From Vitrella brassicaformis CCMP3155 (lineage: Eukaryota > Protista > Chromerida): DNA of 41,396 nt. Under the pieces are notes generated by a model that did no database searches, had not been told where the DNA came from, and saw only the letters and a list, made by a program, of their open reading frames with translations. This document shows, in pieces, positions 24,370-37,165 of this stretch. The position numbers and the translations under genes are program-made. Positions within the stretch are counted from its first letter, which is position 1. Each line of letters begins with the position of its first letter. Location of the stretch: assembly GCA_001179505.1 (NCBI GenBank), contig CDMY01000619.1:1-41396 (forward strand). Direction: 5' to 3'.

Positions 24370-25784
24370 TTAAACAGAGGGTCGTTTGGCTTTCTTGCGT
24401 CTGTCTGTGGCTGCTCTGATCATGGCCGATATGGCCTGCAGCAGCAGCAACGGGTGGATGCTCTCCCACTCCTTGTCCCCAACACACACCGACACCCAAC
24501 GCCTCACGTCGCCCTTCTGTTGACACACACGCGCACACACAGACAGACAATCCACCCACACAGAGACACACATGAGACGCCTGTGGTGTGGTGCGTGAGC
24601 TCACGAGGTTGTGTTTGAGTAGCATGCTCTTCAACTCGGCCGCCTGTCCTTTGGTCGGCAGGCCGCTATCGACCGACCCCACCCACCTGTGCTCACACAA
24701 CACAGCACAACACAACACACACACCTGCGCCACATCACACCATGTCATGTGTGTTGTGTGTATGAGGGCGTGCGTCAGTACTGCAGGAGGCCGTCCAGGC
24801 AGGTGTCGTTGATCTTGCCCACCACCTTCGACGGAGGCGGCGGGAGAGAGGGCGCACTCTGACTCACAAACAACGGCATATGTAGGACCACGCACCGGAC
24901 GCCAAACCGCACCCCGCCCCCTCGCTCTCACTTTGGTCATTTCGCTGTCTTCGTTGTCCGCCAGGTCGATGGACACGAACGCACCGCCTCCCCTCACCGC
25001 CTTCATCGCCTTCGTCTCCCTCTCCTTGCGCGCCTCGTCGCGCTTGCGCTTGCGGCGCTTCTCGTCCTCAGCCCGCCGTCTCTTCTCCATCTCACTGCGG
25101 CCGTACTGCTCGATCACCGAGATGGCCGTGCGGTCAGAAACCTTCCTGACAACCACACAGTACACAGAAAGGTGCGGTGAATGGATGGGTGTGATGGGGA
25201 GGGAGGTGTGTGTGTAATGTACATGTTTGGTGTGAGTGGTTTCCGGCTGGTGGGCGATTTGTATCTGTGGTTGAGCCGCAGGTGCGTCACCAGCGCCTCC
25301 CGCTCGTAGATGTTCTGCGTCGTCGACAACACGGGAACCTGCACACAATTTGAACCCACACCCACACCCACACACCCATCCCCTGTGCTTGATCTCAGTG
25401 TCTCAACTGTCAAAGCTGACCTTAGGCACTGCCATGGTGATGGGGCAGATGGGTAGGAAGGGCGGGAGGTCCTTGTCAGCCATGGACTCGGTGATGAACC
25501 GGTACACCTCCTCATCCACCGAGGGAACCGACGGCCATCCTCCTCCTCTCCATGATCACCTTCGAAGTCCTCTTCCTCGCCGTCATGATCATCGTCGCCA
25601 GAGCTGTCTTGAAGATACGCATCGTCCATGAGCTCGGCAAGCCCTGCCTGCGCCGCAGCCTGACAGGCAATTGGCAAGCAGTGGGGGGGAAGCGGTGGAT
25701 GAATCAGCGAGATCTCGCCCAAATCGTTACCTGCGCCGCAGCAGCGGCCTGCTGCGCTCCCCCAGCTGCCTCAATGCCCTCCAT
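24370..25784 (-). CDS. U-box domain protein (putative E3 ubiquitin ligase) with an apparent 1-nt frameshift near 25535
   Basis: LPICPITMAVPK|VPVLSTTQNIYEREALVTHLRLNHRYKSPTSRKPLTP is a U-box. It has an acidic N-terminus, a basic coiled-coil EKRRKRKRDEARKERE and a stop at 24370. Confidence 0.75.
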
Positions 25785-25998
25785 TTGAGTGTCCGGGGGC
25801 GGAAAAGGCCCGTAAACTTGGTCGTCAGAGAGGTTAGTCTCACGGTCCACGGTCTCCAGCGTACCTGTGGGCTGTCAGGTCCGCCTCATCCCGCCTTCCC
25901 ATCGTCCATTCTCGCCCGCCCTCGTGCATGCACCTCTCCATCCCCGGGGGACGTCGTGGAGGGTGCCTAGCGGAGCGAGAGGGCGGCAATCCTCTCAT

Positions 25999-28976
25999 AT
26001 GAGCACAGATCTCGCATTCTTCAGCGCCTTCCTCCGTGCGTCGGGCCTCGAGTACTCGCAGTTCGCATCGCTCTCTGCCGAGGACAAACTCCAAGCCATC
26101 CGGCATGTCAAGAAGTCACTCGTGCAGCGGATACGGGCGTCTGACACATGCCACTCGACCCTGAAGCACCCGCAATCATCCGAGAAGCGGCTGGCGGTGG
26201 TGAAGGGGGCGGTGATCAGTCGAGAGGAGGCAACAGTAGCTGTCAAGGAGGAAGGAGAGATGGGTGGGTGCATGCACCAACAGGCAGCAGACAGCAGACA
26301 GACTCATGCAATCAATCAATGGTTCTGGTGGGATCTCACGGTGCGTTCTGGGTGTGGCGTGATGTGGCGTGATGTGGTTGTGTGGTTGTTTGTGTGCAGA
26401 GTCTCCGAGTGATAGGTCTATAGGAGGTGGCGATTTGGAGATGGATGACGCGCGCATCATCGGGATGGCGGAGCGCCTCATGGACCAGCAACGACAGCAG
26501 GAAGGTACGTACGTGCAGCACACCTCTACCTCTCTCACCATCACTCACAACCCCCGCCACACACCCACACCCACACCCACACGCACCACCATCCCTCTCT
26601 CCCTTTCTCTGTCAGGTCTGCTGACGTCCCGTGGCCGGCACCGTCCCGGGTTCGGCATAGATTTCGCCTTCTGTGGGGTCACCCAGCAGCCCTACTTCGT
26701 GGTCAACGAGCAGCCCGCCGACCAGGAGGCCGTTGCCGCGTCGTCGTCAGCCGCATCGGGTTCTGGTAGTGGTGTGGGTTTTGGTGGTGGTGGGCGTCGG
26801 TTCATGGTGGCGTCGCGGACAGCCGAGGAGGTGGAGAGCGCCTTCAGGCAGGCGCTGGAGTACCGGGATGGCGTCGTGCGCCAGAACGGTACCACGCGCC
26901 ATCCACACGACACACCCTGTCACCCATTCATCGATCCCCCGTGTGTCTTGCGCCTTGTGTGGGTCTCTTCCTCAGGTGGTGCGGCGGGTGGTGGCAAGGA
27001 GAAGAGCAGTCGCGCCGCAGACGATGACGAGGACTTCGAGCCGTCTGCCGAGGACGCGCCAGCCCGACCCCGGGGCAAAGTCAAGCGCGAGACCCACCCG
27101 GGCAACAAGGCCATGCTCAGCGCGCTGGCCAACCGCATGATCGACGAGCAGCGGCACAGGGAGGGGCTGCTGTGCAGGGTCGGGGGCATGGCCAAGCGTG
27201 TGCCGGGCTTCCACATCAACTACTCCGAGACGCGTCAGGTGTTCGCCGTGTGCTACCAGAAGACCATGGACACCGGCAAGGTGGAGAGGAAGTCGCGTCA
27301 CTTCCGCCCGACCAAGAGAGAGCCTGACGAGCTGAGGGAGGCCTTCGCGCAGGCAATGGCATTCCGCGAGGAGTGTCGAGGGAATGGCTGGCTGTCGGGG
27401 GAAAAAGTGCCGCCCGGTAAGGACATCATGGCTCGCGTCATGCATCATGTTTTAAGCCGTGTGTGTTCTGGTGTTGTTTGTGTGTGTGTGCAGAGGTGTG
27501 GATCCGCGACAGCCAGGGGGAGATCGACAGACAGCCGCCCAAAGAGCCGCCCAAAGAAGGTAGGTGAGGTGCTTTCATTTGGATGGGTATCACACACGTG
27601 ACATGGGCACGCCCACCCATTCGGCCCATATTTGCCTCTCTGTGCGTCGTGTGTGTGTGTGTTGGGTTCGTTGGTGCAGAGACCGATGCTCAGCAGGAGG
27701 CGTCAGTAGCAGAGCCGAGTTCATCCGCACCACCACCACCACCAGCACCAGCCACCAACGAACAACACCACCCACATCCACACCCACAGCCGAAAGCGCC
27801 TCCTCGTGAGTCAGCCACCAAGCACCCTCAGCCCATTTTCCGCCTCTCCATATGTGTGTGTACGTCCCTGTGTGTGCAGCCGACTCGCTCGACGACACCG
27901 GCATCGTGTTTGCGGCCAACGAGCTCATCGATGTGCGCCGAAAGGTCGAGGGCCTTATGACTCCCGACAACCGGCGCATCAAAGGCTTCCACATCTCCTT
28001 CCGCTCCGACGGCAAGACCCTCAAACACGTCTTCCACGTGCACTGGCGGGAGCTGCATGGCGGCGAGATGGTGCCGCGGACCGACGAGTACCCCGTCAAG
28101 CTGCCCACACACGCGGGAGTGCAAAAGGCGTTCGGCGAGGCGCTTAAGGGGCGGGATGAGCGCAGGGCGCAAGTGGGGTACACGGCGGCCACTAATAGCA
28201 CTGGTACGTAACATGTGCAGGCCGGACAGAGAGAGGGAGGGAGAGAGGGAGAGTGCATCTGGTTGTGTGTGTGTGTGTGTGTTGGATGGCTTGAACTGCA
28301 GTTGGTCACATGAGCAGCGGCAGCTCGACACACACCTGTGGGAAGCGTGACATCGACCAGATGTTGCACGGCGGGGGCCAGGGAGAGGGAGAGGGACAAG
28401 GGGAGAGGGAGAGGGAGAGCGAGGGCGACGGAGCGCTGCTGCAGGCCAACAAACGACACCACAACCTCAACCTCAACCACGACTCACACACAACCGGTAT
28501 GTACCTACACGCCCACACACCTACACACCCACACAGACACGCTCATGCATGCCCTTCTCAACTCTGCTTTTCTTCTCAGGTAGCGATGACTTCTCCCCCG
28601 TCCACCATCCCGTCGACACAGCTATCCTCACAGCCCATGCACAGAGCCTCCTGGCCACCCACATGCGCAAGATTAGCACCGGCCCCCTGACGATCACCTG
28701 GCGGACGGGGCCCTGTCGCTTCGAGGTCCACCACGGCAGCACGCCCATCGCCAGCGCCATGGTGCCCGACCCAACCACACCGGCCAATGTCCAGCGGGCC
28801 TTCGAGCAGGCCATGCATCTGCGAGAGATATACCCAACACATAGCGGTCGGTCCGGTGCGAGCAGCTGCGCGCCACATGTGACACATATACATGTGTGTG
28901 TGTGTGTGCGGTGGCAATGGTGGCAGATGGGGGATTGGGGTCTGAGACGGCCGAGGCGCAGGGCGGCCACAACTAG
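25999..28976 (+). CDS. Multi-module AP2-like protein (3 clear and 1 degenerate module), ~10 exons
   Basis: Repeated units such as ANRMIDEQRHREGLL..KRVPGFHINY..VFAVCY..RHF..DELREAFAQAMAFR and ANELIDVRRKVEGLM..RIKGFHISF..VFHVHW..QKAFGEALKGR. Confidence 0.72.
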
Positions 28977-29855
28977 ATCAGATCGTAGCCATGTCAATAA
29001 GTATCGACTAATTAGGTATGCACACACACACACACACAGACAGATACAGAAAATTGAATGCGCGGAATCCCGTCGCTCTCCTTATCTGCTGTGTGCAGCC
29101 TTTGATTAGCACACACATTGATGGACGGCGGTGGAGAGGGATGGAGGAAGGGACAAGCAGTGGCGTAGAATGGGGTTTGGGGTTGCTTAACGGGGCAAGG
29201 GCAATTCAGGTGCACGTGTGTGGGTGGGTGGATGGATGGATGGCAGTGTTTTTCCATCCATCGGGCCTTGCCATGTCGTGTGCATCGTGCTTGCGTGGGG
29301 GACGGTCTGTTGGTCTGTCAGGGGAAGCCCAGACAGACAGACGACACGACCATGGCCGGCTCCCAGACGCCCATGTTAGACCGCAGATAAGACCGAGCAC
29401 AAGATCAACGTGAGCTTTCAATCAAGGGGTCGTAGCCATGGTGTGTCCGTCTCAGTACTCACTGTACCTGCACATACCGATAAACGCGGCCATGATGGAT
29501 GTACCACCGCACACACGCGTCTCGCCTAGTCAGTGGCCGCCTAGTCACCTCACCCCCACCACCATGCGTCTCTCCCTCTTCTGCCCATTCATCCAGCCAT
29601 CCATCCATCCATCAATCCATCCGTCCACCCATGAGGCAGTGAGTCAGTCGTACGCCTCATGCTCACTCCCGTAGACCGTGTCAGAGGTGTGCCGCCCGCC
29701 GATCCCAGCACCCATCCCCACACCCAGACCTCCACCGCCATCGTCTCGATGCACATGGTGACGCGCTGCATCATCACACATCACACACACACACAGAGCA
29801 CACATTTCGTGTGTGCATGTCACCATGCCAACCTTTCCATCCACCACCTGCCCAT

Positions 29856-31391
29856 TTACTGACCCCTCAGTTCTCGTTCGAATTCGTTGTGGCCGGACTC
29901 CTCCCCGCCACCCATCACGCCACCCATGGTCTCCTGCGGCTCATCGTCGTAGTAGTGCTGCCCCCTCTGCTGGTACTGGCGGTGCTGGCCGCCGCCGAGT
30001 CGCCCGCGGCGGGATGCTGACGAGTAGGAGGCCGTCCGGCTGAGCAGCTCCTCCATCTGGTCCTGCATCCATCGACCCACCGACACACATTGATCGCATC
30101 ATACCGTCGTGAGGGGGGAGGGGGGAGGGGGATGCTCACGGACGGACTCACTCGGTCAAATCTGGAGTCGTGCTTCATTCTGGTGCTGGTGCGCTGGTTC
30201 TGCACCTTGAAGTACTGGAAGACAAACACCGCCACCACTGCTATCAACAAGCTGACACACATGCACACACAGACAGACGGACGGACGGGATGCACAGATG
30301 GAATATGCGCGGCCCTCTCTGCGTGGCTAGCGTGTCGTGTGTGCTGTGCTGTGCGTCACACACACACACATGGGGATTCTGAGGTTGGTGAACCACGGCG
30401 AGAGGTCCGTCTGGGGCGGGGGCGGCGTCAGCACCACCTCATACACAACCACACTCGTCGCTGCACACACACACCGACACACACGCACACACACACACCG
30501 ACACACACCTGTGCATCCACCAGCTCACAAGCGACGTGACGCACCGTTAGTCTGCATGGCGACCACGTCGATCTGGCCGGGCTTGCGGAAGCCGACGAAA
30601 TTGAGCACCTGATCGATAGACAGTCGGCTGGATGAGTGCCAGGGAGGAAGAAAAGTCATATATCAATGTGTCACCTGCTGTCTGATGGTCTTCCTGAAGG
30701 TGACGCCATGTGCGCCTGATCTTGACTCGGCCGCAGACGTGTTGAAGGCGATCAGAGAGGCCTGCAAACAAACACACACACACGACACACACGTTGGTGG
30801 ATGGATGGATGTGACAAGTCTTGGAGCCGACAAAAGGGCGGAAAGACTGCCTTATGCCGGACTATGAGCCTGTCTGCCTGTCATGGCTTCTCTCTGTGGG
30901 CAGCCAGGTAGGCCTGTCTCAGTGAGGGCCGGGGGTTTGCAGGACGCACACCCACAAAACGGCCCGACCCAGTCAAGAAATGGCACAGCCAGCCGACTGG
31001 TCACTCAGACACTGCCCATATACCCTCTCTCTCTCTGTGTCTGTGTGTCTGCTCACGGGTTGTGCGGTGGTGGCTGAGGCGCTGGTGGTGTCAGGCTGAG
31101 CGAATGCGAGAGTGTACCCACGCATAGCGAACAGCTGCAACGGCCGCGACGACACCTGGGGGTACTTGAACTCAACTGACAGAGACAACGACACACGTGC
31201 AAACAAGCGGCACCTAGGTGTGCACGTCAGGCCCTTCCTTCTCTCTCTCTCTCTCCCATGTATCGCTGACCGAGGCATGCCTTCCCTTTGGTTTCGAAAG
31301 CGAGCACCGATCCGTCCTCCAGGCTCACAATGGGGCGGGACGGGTGAGTCACGTCGAGCACCATATCGTGGATGGGGGATGACAGCTGACA

Positions 31392-31425
<34 letters not shown>

Positions 31426-33173
31426 AAAGATGCACAGATCCAACATGTCTTCATCTGTACGCCCCACTCACCCCAGGGTTGCATGGCGGCGCATTGGAGT
31501 CGAGCATGGCCGGCGAGAAGGGTCCGAACATGGTGTGTGTGCGGAAGAAGAGCGTGTTGGTGTGGCCAGCGAGGCCCGTGACGCCCCCCTCCTCCTCAGT
31601 CACCCTCACGCGGCCCTTGAAGGTCGTGTTGCGCATCAGGACACTCACGCCGCCCTCACGGTCGCCTATCACGATGTAGCGCACGCCACTGAGAAAAGGA
31701 AGCACACCCATCGATGCGACCATCCGTCTGTGTGGGTGTGGGTCGTTCCGTCACCGATTTTGGTAGCAGGCGAGTGCGGTTGAGTTGCGAAGGCCGTCAG
31801 ACACTGACGGGGGCCACTGAGAAGCAGGGAGGGAGGGAGGGTGCATGGTGAGGTTGGGCTATCTTCGCCTGTTTTTTGTTTCTGTCTGACCTCTCCTTTG
31901 ACATCGAATTTCAGTGTGACATTGAGCATCGGCCCCATACTGAGAGATATCCTCTCATCGTGGGAACTCTTGCGACCTGTATTGCATGCGCAGCACAGAT
32001 GTCCGCCCACAGAGAGGAGAGAACGAGAGTGGCGTGTGCATGCCTTCTGTGAGTTGTGGTTCGGTGTGTGTCTGATACCCCACCTTTCTTCTCCTCTCTG
32101 GACAGCTTGATGTGTCTGATCCTGATGGCGTACACGAGCACCTCACCCCCCTCACCCAATGCCACCAAATGCTGATCTGCACACACACACACACACACAC
32201 ACGCAGGACAGACAGACAGACCATACCGTCCGCCAATCCATGTGTCTGTTCTCTCTCTCTTTGACGCTTTGACGTGGTACCTTCAATGGAGGTCGACACG
32301 GCCACGTGTCTGATTGGCTGTGAGGGCTCCATCTGTGTGTATGCCGTCAGCTCGCCGCCATGGATGTAGACGCCCACATGGCCCTCGCGCGACACGCACA
32401 CCAACAACGAGGTGGGGACGCCCCCAGGGGCTGAGGACACACACACCCGCACACACACAGGTGATTGGTCAGCCGAGAGTGTGATGTGCTGGCGCGTCTG
32501 TCACGTCCGTACATACTTGTGTCGGTTTTGGGCCCCGCTGTTGGCGGCCTGGCCGAGCGCACCGGGATGAACCGGATGAAGTCTACCGTGAAGTTGGCCT
32601 GCATGCACAGAGGGGTGTCCTCAGACACACAGATTCGTGTGTATGGTGCACATGTACCTGTATGGCGGCTCGTTCGATCATGTGATCCTCAGCTGAGCGA
32701 CTCGGCGCATGGGCGTCGTCGAAGCTAATCTGGCGCACACACACACACACGTGTGCGCACATGGCCCATCCCGTCCACCTCTCCGCCCACCTGACTGACT
32801 CCTCACCTCTGCCAGCAGAGGGACCTTGTCTTGCAGCAACCGTCGGTACGCAGCAGGCAGGGCCACCCTGCACACACGGGAAGCATCACATCCATCAATC
32901 AATCCGTCTGGCTGTCCATGTCTGGGTTGCTGTGGCTTACGGTTCTCCTGCAAGCAGTGCCGTCCTCATTTTCTCCAGGAGTCCCCTCTTTCTCTCGTGC
33001 AGCTCGATGAGCGTCTCCACTTCACGCAGCTCCTGGCTGAGCAGATCCATCGCAGCACTGCCTTCGCCACGGCCATCGATGTCATCCGATGCACCTCCGG
33101 ACGAGCCAGCAGCTGCTCTCAAGGCGCCGCTTATGGCATGCAGGCAAACCAGTGAGAGGAAGGGAGATTTCAT
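29856..33173 (-). CDS. Hypothetical type-I membrane protein (signal peptide, coiled coil, beta-rich WD40-like region, C-terminal TM segment and tail)
   Basis: Leader MKSPFLSLVCLHAISGALRAAA. Exons include LLVCVSREGHVGVYIHGG, HLVALGEGGEVLVY, YIVIGDREGGVSVL and IVSLEDGSVLAF. A hydrophobic AVAVFVFQYF segment precedes a Gly/Gln/Arg tail; stop at 29856. Some junctions near 30400-30900 are unresolved. Confidence 0.65.
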
Positions 33174-33511
33174 GATTCGAGCATGGGATGTGCAGGGTAA
33201 GGGTTGTTGGGGTTCAGGGTTGTTTGGAGTAAATTTAAGTGTCGAATCAAGCTGCACGATGCACTGGATAGATCGACATGCAGCAAACCGCAGCGGTATT
33301 ACACGACGAAACAAAGGAGCTAGAGAGCAGCACCATTACGTCAGATCAGCAGCAGACAGTCAAAGAAACCCATTTCCCGCATGCACTCACGCATCGTGAA
33401 GTCAAGCACACGCAGCAGATGGCCATAGACGACATTGGCTTGCGCCCAGTGTCAGTACCGAATGTTGCATCTCTGTAATGTGTGTCTGTTGTCTGTCGCA
33501 TTTCTCATCAG

Positions 33512-33900
33512 GCTTCGTCTGGCCTGCGATTCGGTTCAGAGAGCGAGGAGCATCGCCAACTGCAAAGCAGTACTACTGGAGGACAGCGCCTTGACGGCGG
33601 TGGGTGGACGGAGCCAGTGCAGCAAGGAGGAGAGCTTCAATTTGAGGCTGCCTGCAGCGCGGCCCGCGAGTACTGCAGAGACCGTGGCGTAGACGAGGAG
33701 GCAAAAGACGCAGAGGTGAAGTAGGTGAGGTGAGTGAGCCCGGGGGCGATGGACACATCTCTCTCTCTCTCTCTCTGTGTGTCTGTGTGTGTGTGTATGC
33801 AGATGAGATGATTGACGAGCGTGATTACTACACGGCGGCCACTGCTACTACGACGGACACAATGGGGGATGGGGACTTTCACGCTGCGTATCCGTCTCAT
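33512..33900 (+). pseudogene. 5'-truncated remnant of the small secreted gene of copy A
   Basis: Keeps the acceptor tttctcatcag (33511) and SESEEHRQLQ, but homology ends within intron 1, so the signal-peptide exon is absent. There is a 19-nt length difference versus copy A after ctgcaaa. Confidence 0.55.
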
Positions 33901-34751
33901 AACGTGAAAGTCATACTTTGGAATGCGTGGAAAACTGAGACCCAACTGACGCTTGACTCCGTTCTTCCCTCTTGCCGCCCCCTCTGTGCGTCGTCCGTCC
34001 GTTTTGTGTTCATGCGCTTGTCTCTGTGTGTGAAGATGTCGATTTTGCCAGTGAAGTAGCTGGAGTGGGGAGAGGGAAGGCGGGATGAGACGAGTGCTGC
34101 TCACTAATGGCGTGCCTGCGTTGGCTTGTTTGGTTCTTGTCGGTGTGGTGATGTAACCTGGCGAGCCTGAGCCATGAGACGTGCCATGTCGCTGTGGCAT
34201 TTTGCCGCTCAGGTCTGTAGCAAGCGGGCAATAGAGAGCAATAGAGGCAGATACGTGGCAAGGTAGCGGGCTTTTGGGTAGATTTGACGAGACAGACTCG
34301 TCTGTAGTGCATATGTGTGTGTGCGGCGATACAAGTGGATATATAGGGGTGTAGTGGGGGGCGCTTGTGGGAGAGAAGATCTGTGGCTGTCTTAACCTCC
34401 GCAGTGACCATCGATGTGTCTCACTTGATCGGTCGAATGCTGGTGTGTGTGGAGGGTGGTGTGGTTGTCTCTTACAAGATGTGATTCTTCCTTCGTGTGA
34501 CAGCACACTGCCTTCATGTGGACAGCGAACAAATGCGAAACTGAATCAATCAACTCGTCGTCTTCAGGTATCGTTGGAGGTATTGTTGAGTGTCGCATTC
34601 AGCTGACTGATTCATGCATAGTCACGTCATGGCCGTGAAGGCTTTCAACCAAAAGGGCTGCACTCAGTGGGCCTGCATGGGGAGAGACAGCACAAGACGC
34701 ACCAAGTGATCGTCCGCGAGAGACATGTCTGACTTGACACACATACCCGGT

Positions 34752-36798
34752 CTAATTCCTTCGCCTGGCCGCATCAGCAAGGGCCTTCAGGTCAGCCTTC
34801 AATGCTTTCTCTTCATCGTCGAGCTCTTTGTCAAAAAAATCGAAGTCGTAGTGAATATCTTTCTTCCATTGCAAGGCATTCGACCGCATTACAATGGCAG
34901 TGTAGGCTTTCGGGTTGGTGTTGCCGCCGTATCTGTGGTAATCCTTCGAGTGCTTAGCTCCGTTGGCTGCGAGAAGGGCTGCGACATCTTTCAGCTCGAG
35001 CTGCAATGCCTGCCCAGACGCACACACTTGTCAACATGCGTGAGCATTTTCTGTTTGCCTTTCGTCACCGCTAAATCCAAAGGGGCTACAGCCAAGCCCC
35101 CTGCCTGAGTCTTGCAGACATTGGGGTCTGCTCCGGCTTCCAACAGCAGCTCAACGAATTTGAATATGCGGAGAGCATCTCTATCGTTCCGCACCAAGCG
35201 GTCATCGGCGTGTTGGGAGGCTGCCTTGATCATCAATACGCACCGAAGTGGTTCACCGCACGCCATGTTTGGATCCGCTCCATCATTCGAAAACCACTCC
35301 AGCCCTTTATCAGTTAAATTCCTGAGGCGGTCCTGTCCTAGCATTTTGGCATGCTCCAGCCCCTTGGTTTCTGTAATCAGCTGACAGGTAATGACCGCCA
35401 GGGTGAGGATGATGTTGGCAATGGGGAGCAGCTGCAGCTGGTAAGTGGGATAGAAGAGGAAGAAGAAGTTACACACCAGGCCCAGAAGGTCCTCACAGAT
35501 TAGGTTGAGAAGGCGATTCAATATCGTCATCTCATAGGTCTTGGCATCGATTTTGGCTTCAAGCATTGCGACAAGGCAAGGATAAAGCATGAGGCTTCCT
35601 GTCAAGGGGGAGAGAAGGTAGAGACGCCAGAGCCATGTGGGGACCCTCTCGCTGGCCATCGCGATCGTGAACCATGTGATCCAGTCAGTCGTCGCATCGA
35701 CAAGCTCGGCAATCAGGACGTGTAGGAGACCCAACCTGCTGTAGTCGACGAGAATCTTGCCAAGGTGATAATTTGAAGCGTCGGGAAACAAACTCAAGGA
35801 TACCAGCACCACCGGCAACACAACGCCGAGGAGCCAGAACAAGACAGAAAACAGCCAAGAAAGCGGCGCAGGGAACCAAACAGCAAACACCGCACTGATC
35901 GCTCCCATACCACAGGAGGTAGCGAAGGATTGTGGAAGCGCTTTCATCAGATGTGCGTTTCTTTGCACCCTGAGAGTGTCTGTCTCCTGCGCCAGCTGCT
36001 GCTGCGAGGCTTCGAAGCCCATGGCCTCATAGGCTGAGGCGACGGCATTGAGGAGATCCAGAAAGAGATTGCAGATGAGTGTCCCCATAGTGCTGGCTCC
36101 TGGATTGGTCCGCAGGATAATGACGACGTTGATCAAGTCGATGCTGTCATTGCAGACCGAGATGCTGCCCAAAAAAGTGGTCATGCTCACCAGCCACTGA
36201 GGCGGCTCGGGTCGGTAGAAGCGGGGTATCTCGGGTGCTTTGGTAGACGGCCCTCGAGGTGTAGAGGCCTGTGATGGTACGCCAGGCTGAATGAGGCGAG
36301 AGTGCACTGTGTGCTCGCCCATTTCGATGTCTCTCGAGGGCCGCTTCATTCGCTTCACCTAAGACACCGCATGACACCAATTGCCCAGAGAGACGTGATT
36401 GATCTTGGCCGCAATCATACCATAGTAGCGTTGACTTGCAGATACTCCAGCCACCACCTGAGGACCAGCAGGGTGGTGGAGATGAAGGCAGACGCGAGCA
36501 GGAGGGTCTTGCACTGAGGGGGCACGGTGTACTCGGACGGCTCGTCAATCAGCATCTCCAAGAAGGAGAACCAGTCAGTCACTGCAGACGTGTAATGGGG
36601 GAGAAGAGCATCACTCATCGAGAAGGGAGAATGGTCAGCCGTCTGCCCTTTTGCCTTACGCGCCGCGAAGGCTCCCAGGAGGATGAGCATCATATTCTCT
36701 CGGAGGAAGGTTTGCAGCGGGACTCGTCGGTTCCCTTCACTATCTCTGGCAGTGGCCGAAGCCTCACTCGTGGCAACGGGGTCGGGTGCACTGGCCAT
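34752..36798 (-). CDS. Multi-pass membrane protein with C-terminal ankyrin-like repeats (copy B, intact), 3 exons
   Basis: Exon 1 MASAPDPVAT...NATM, a long exon 2 with ~6-7 hydrophobic segments and NDGADPN / FVELLLEAGADPN / APLDLA, an intron gtgacg...ggcag, and a last exon ALQLELKDVAALLAANGAK...ARRRN*. Confidence 0.85.
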
Positions 36799-37165
36799 GT
36801 TCCTCACCAAATTCTCGCGTCGTTCTGCGATGAACTGACGTCAAGCCCCAGCGATCTCACTTTGCATGCACTCGAGTGACACACCCTTCTTGCACTGCCA
36901 GATGTATGGTGTGCTGCACACAGGTGCGTGCGTAATGTTACACTCGCCTGCATGTCGGTCTGCAGATGGACCGACAGGACAGACCGACAGGATGGACACA
37001 GGAAGCAGCAGTACGACAGCAGGCAGCGTTCGACGAACAGTCATTTCCACGCGCCACATGCAGTGTGCCCCGACCCCTCTATCAACAGAGGTGCTTGTCT
37101 CGGGTGTTGCGCACCCTCCACGCAACACATCAACAGCAGCCCACCACATCATGGCCAATGGTCAG

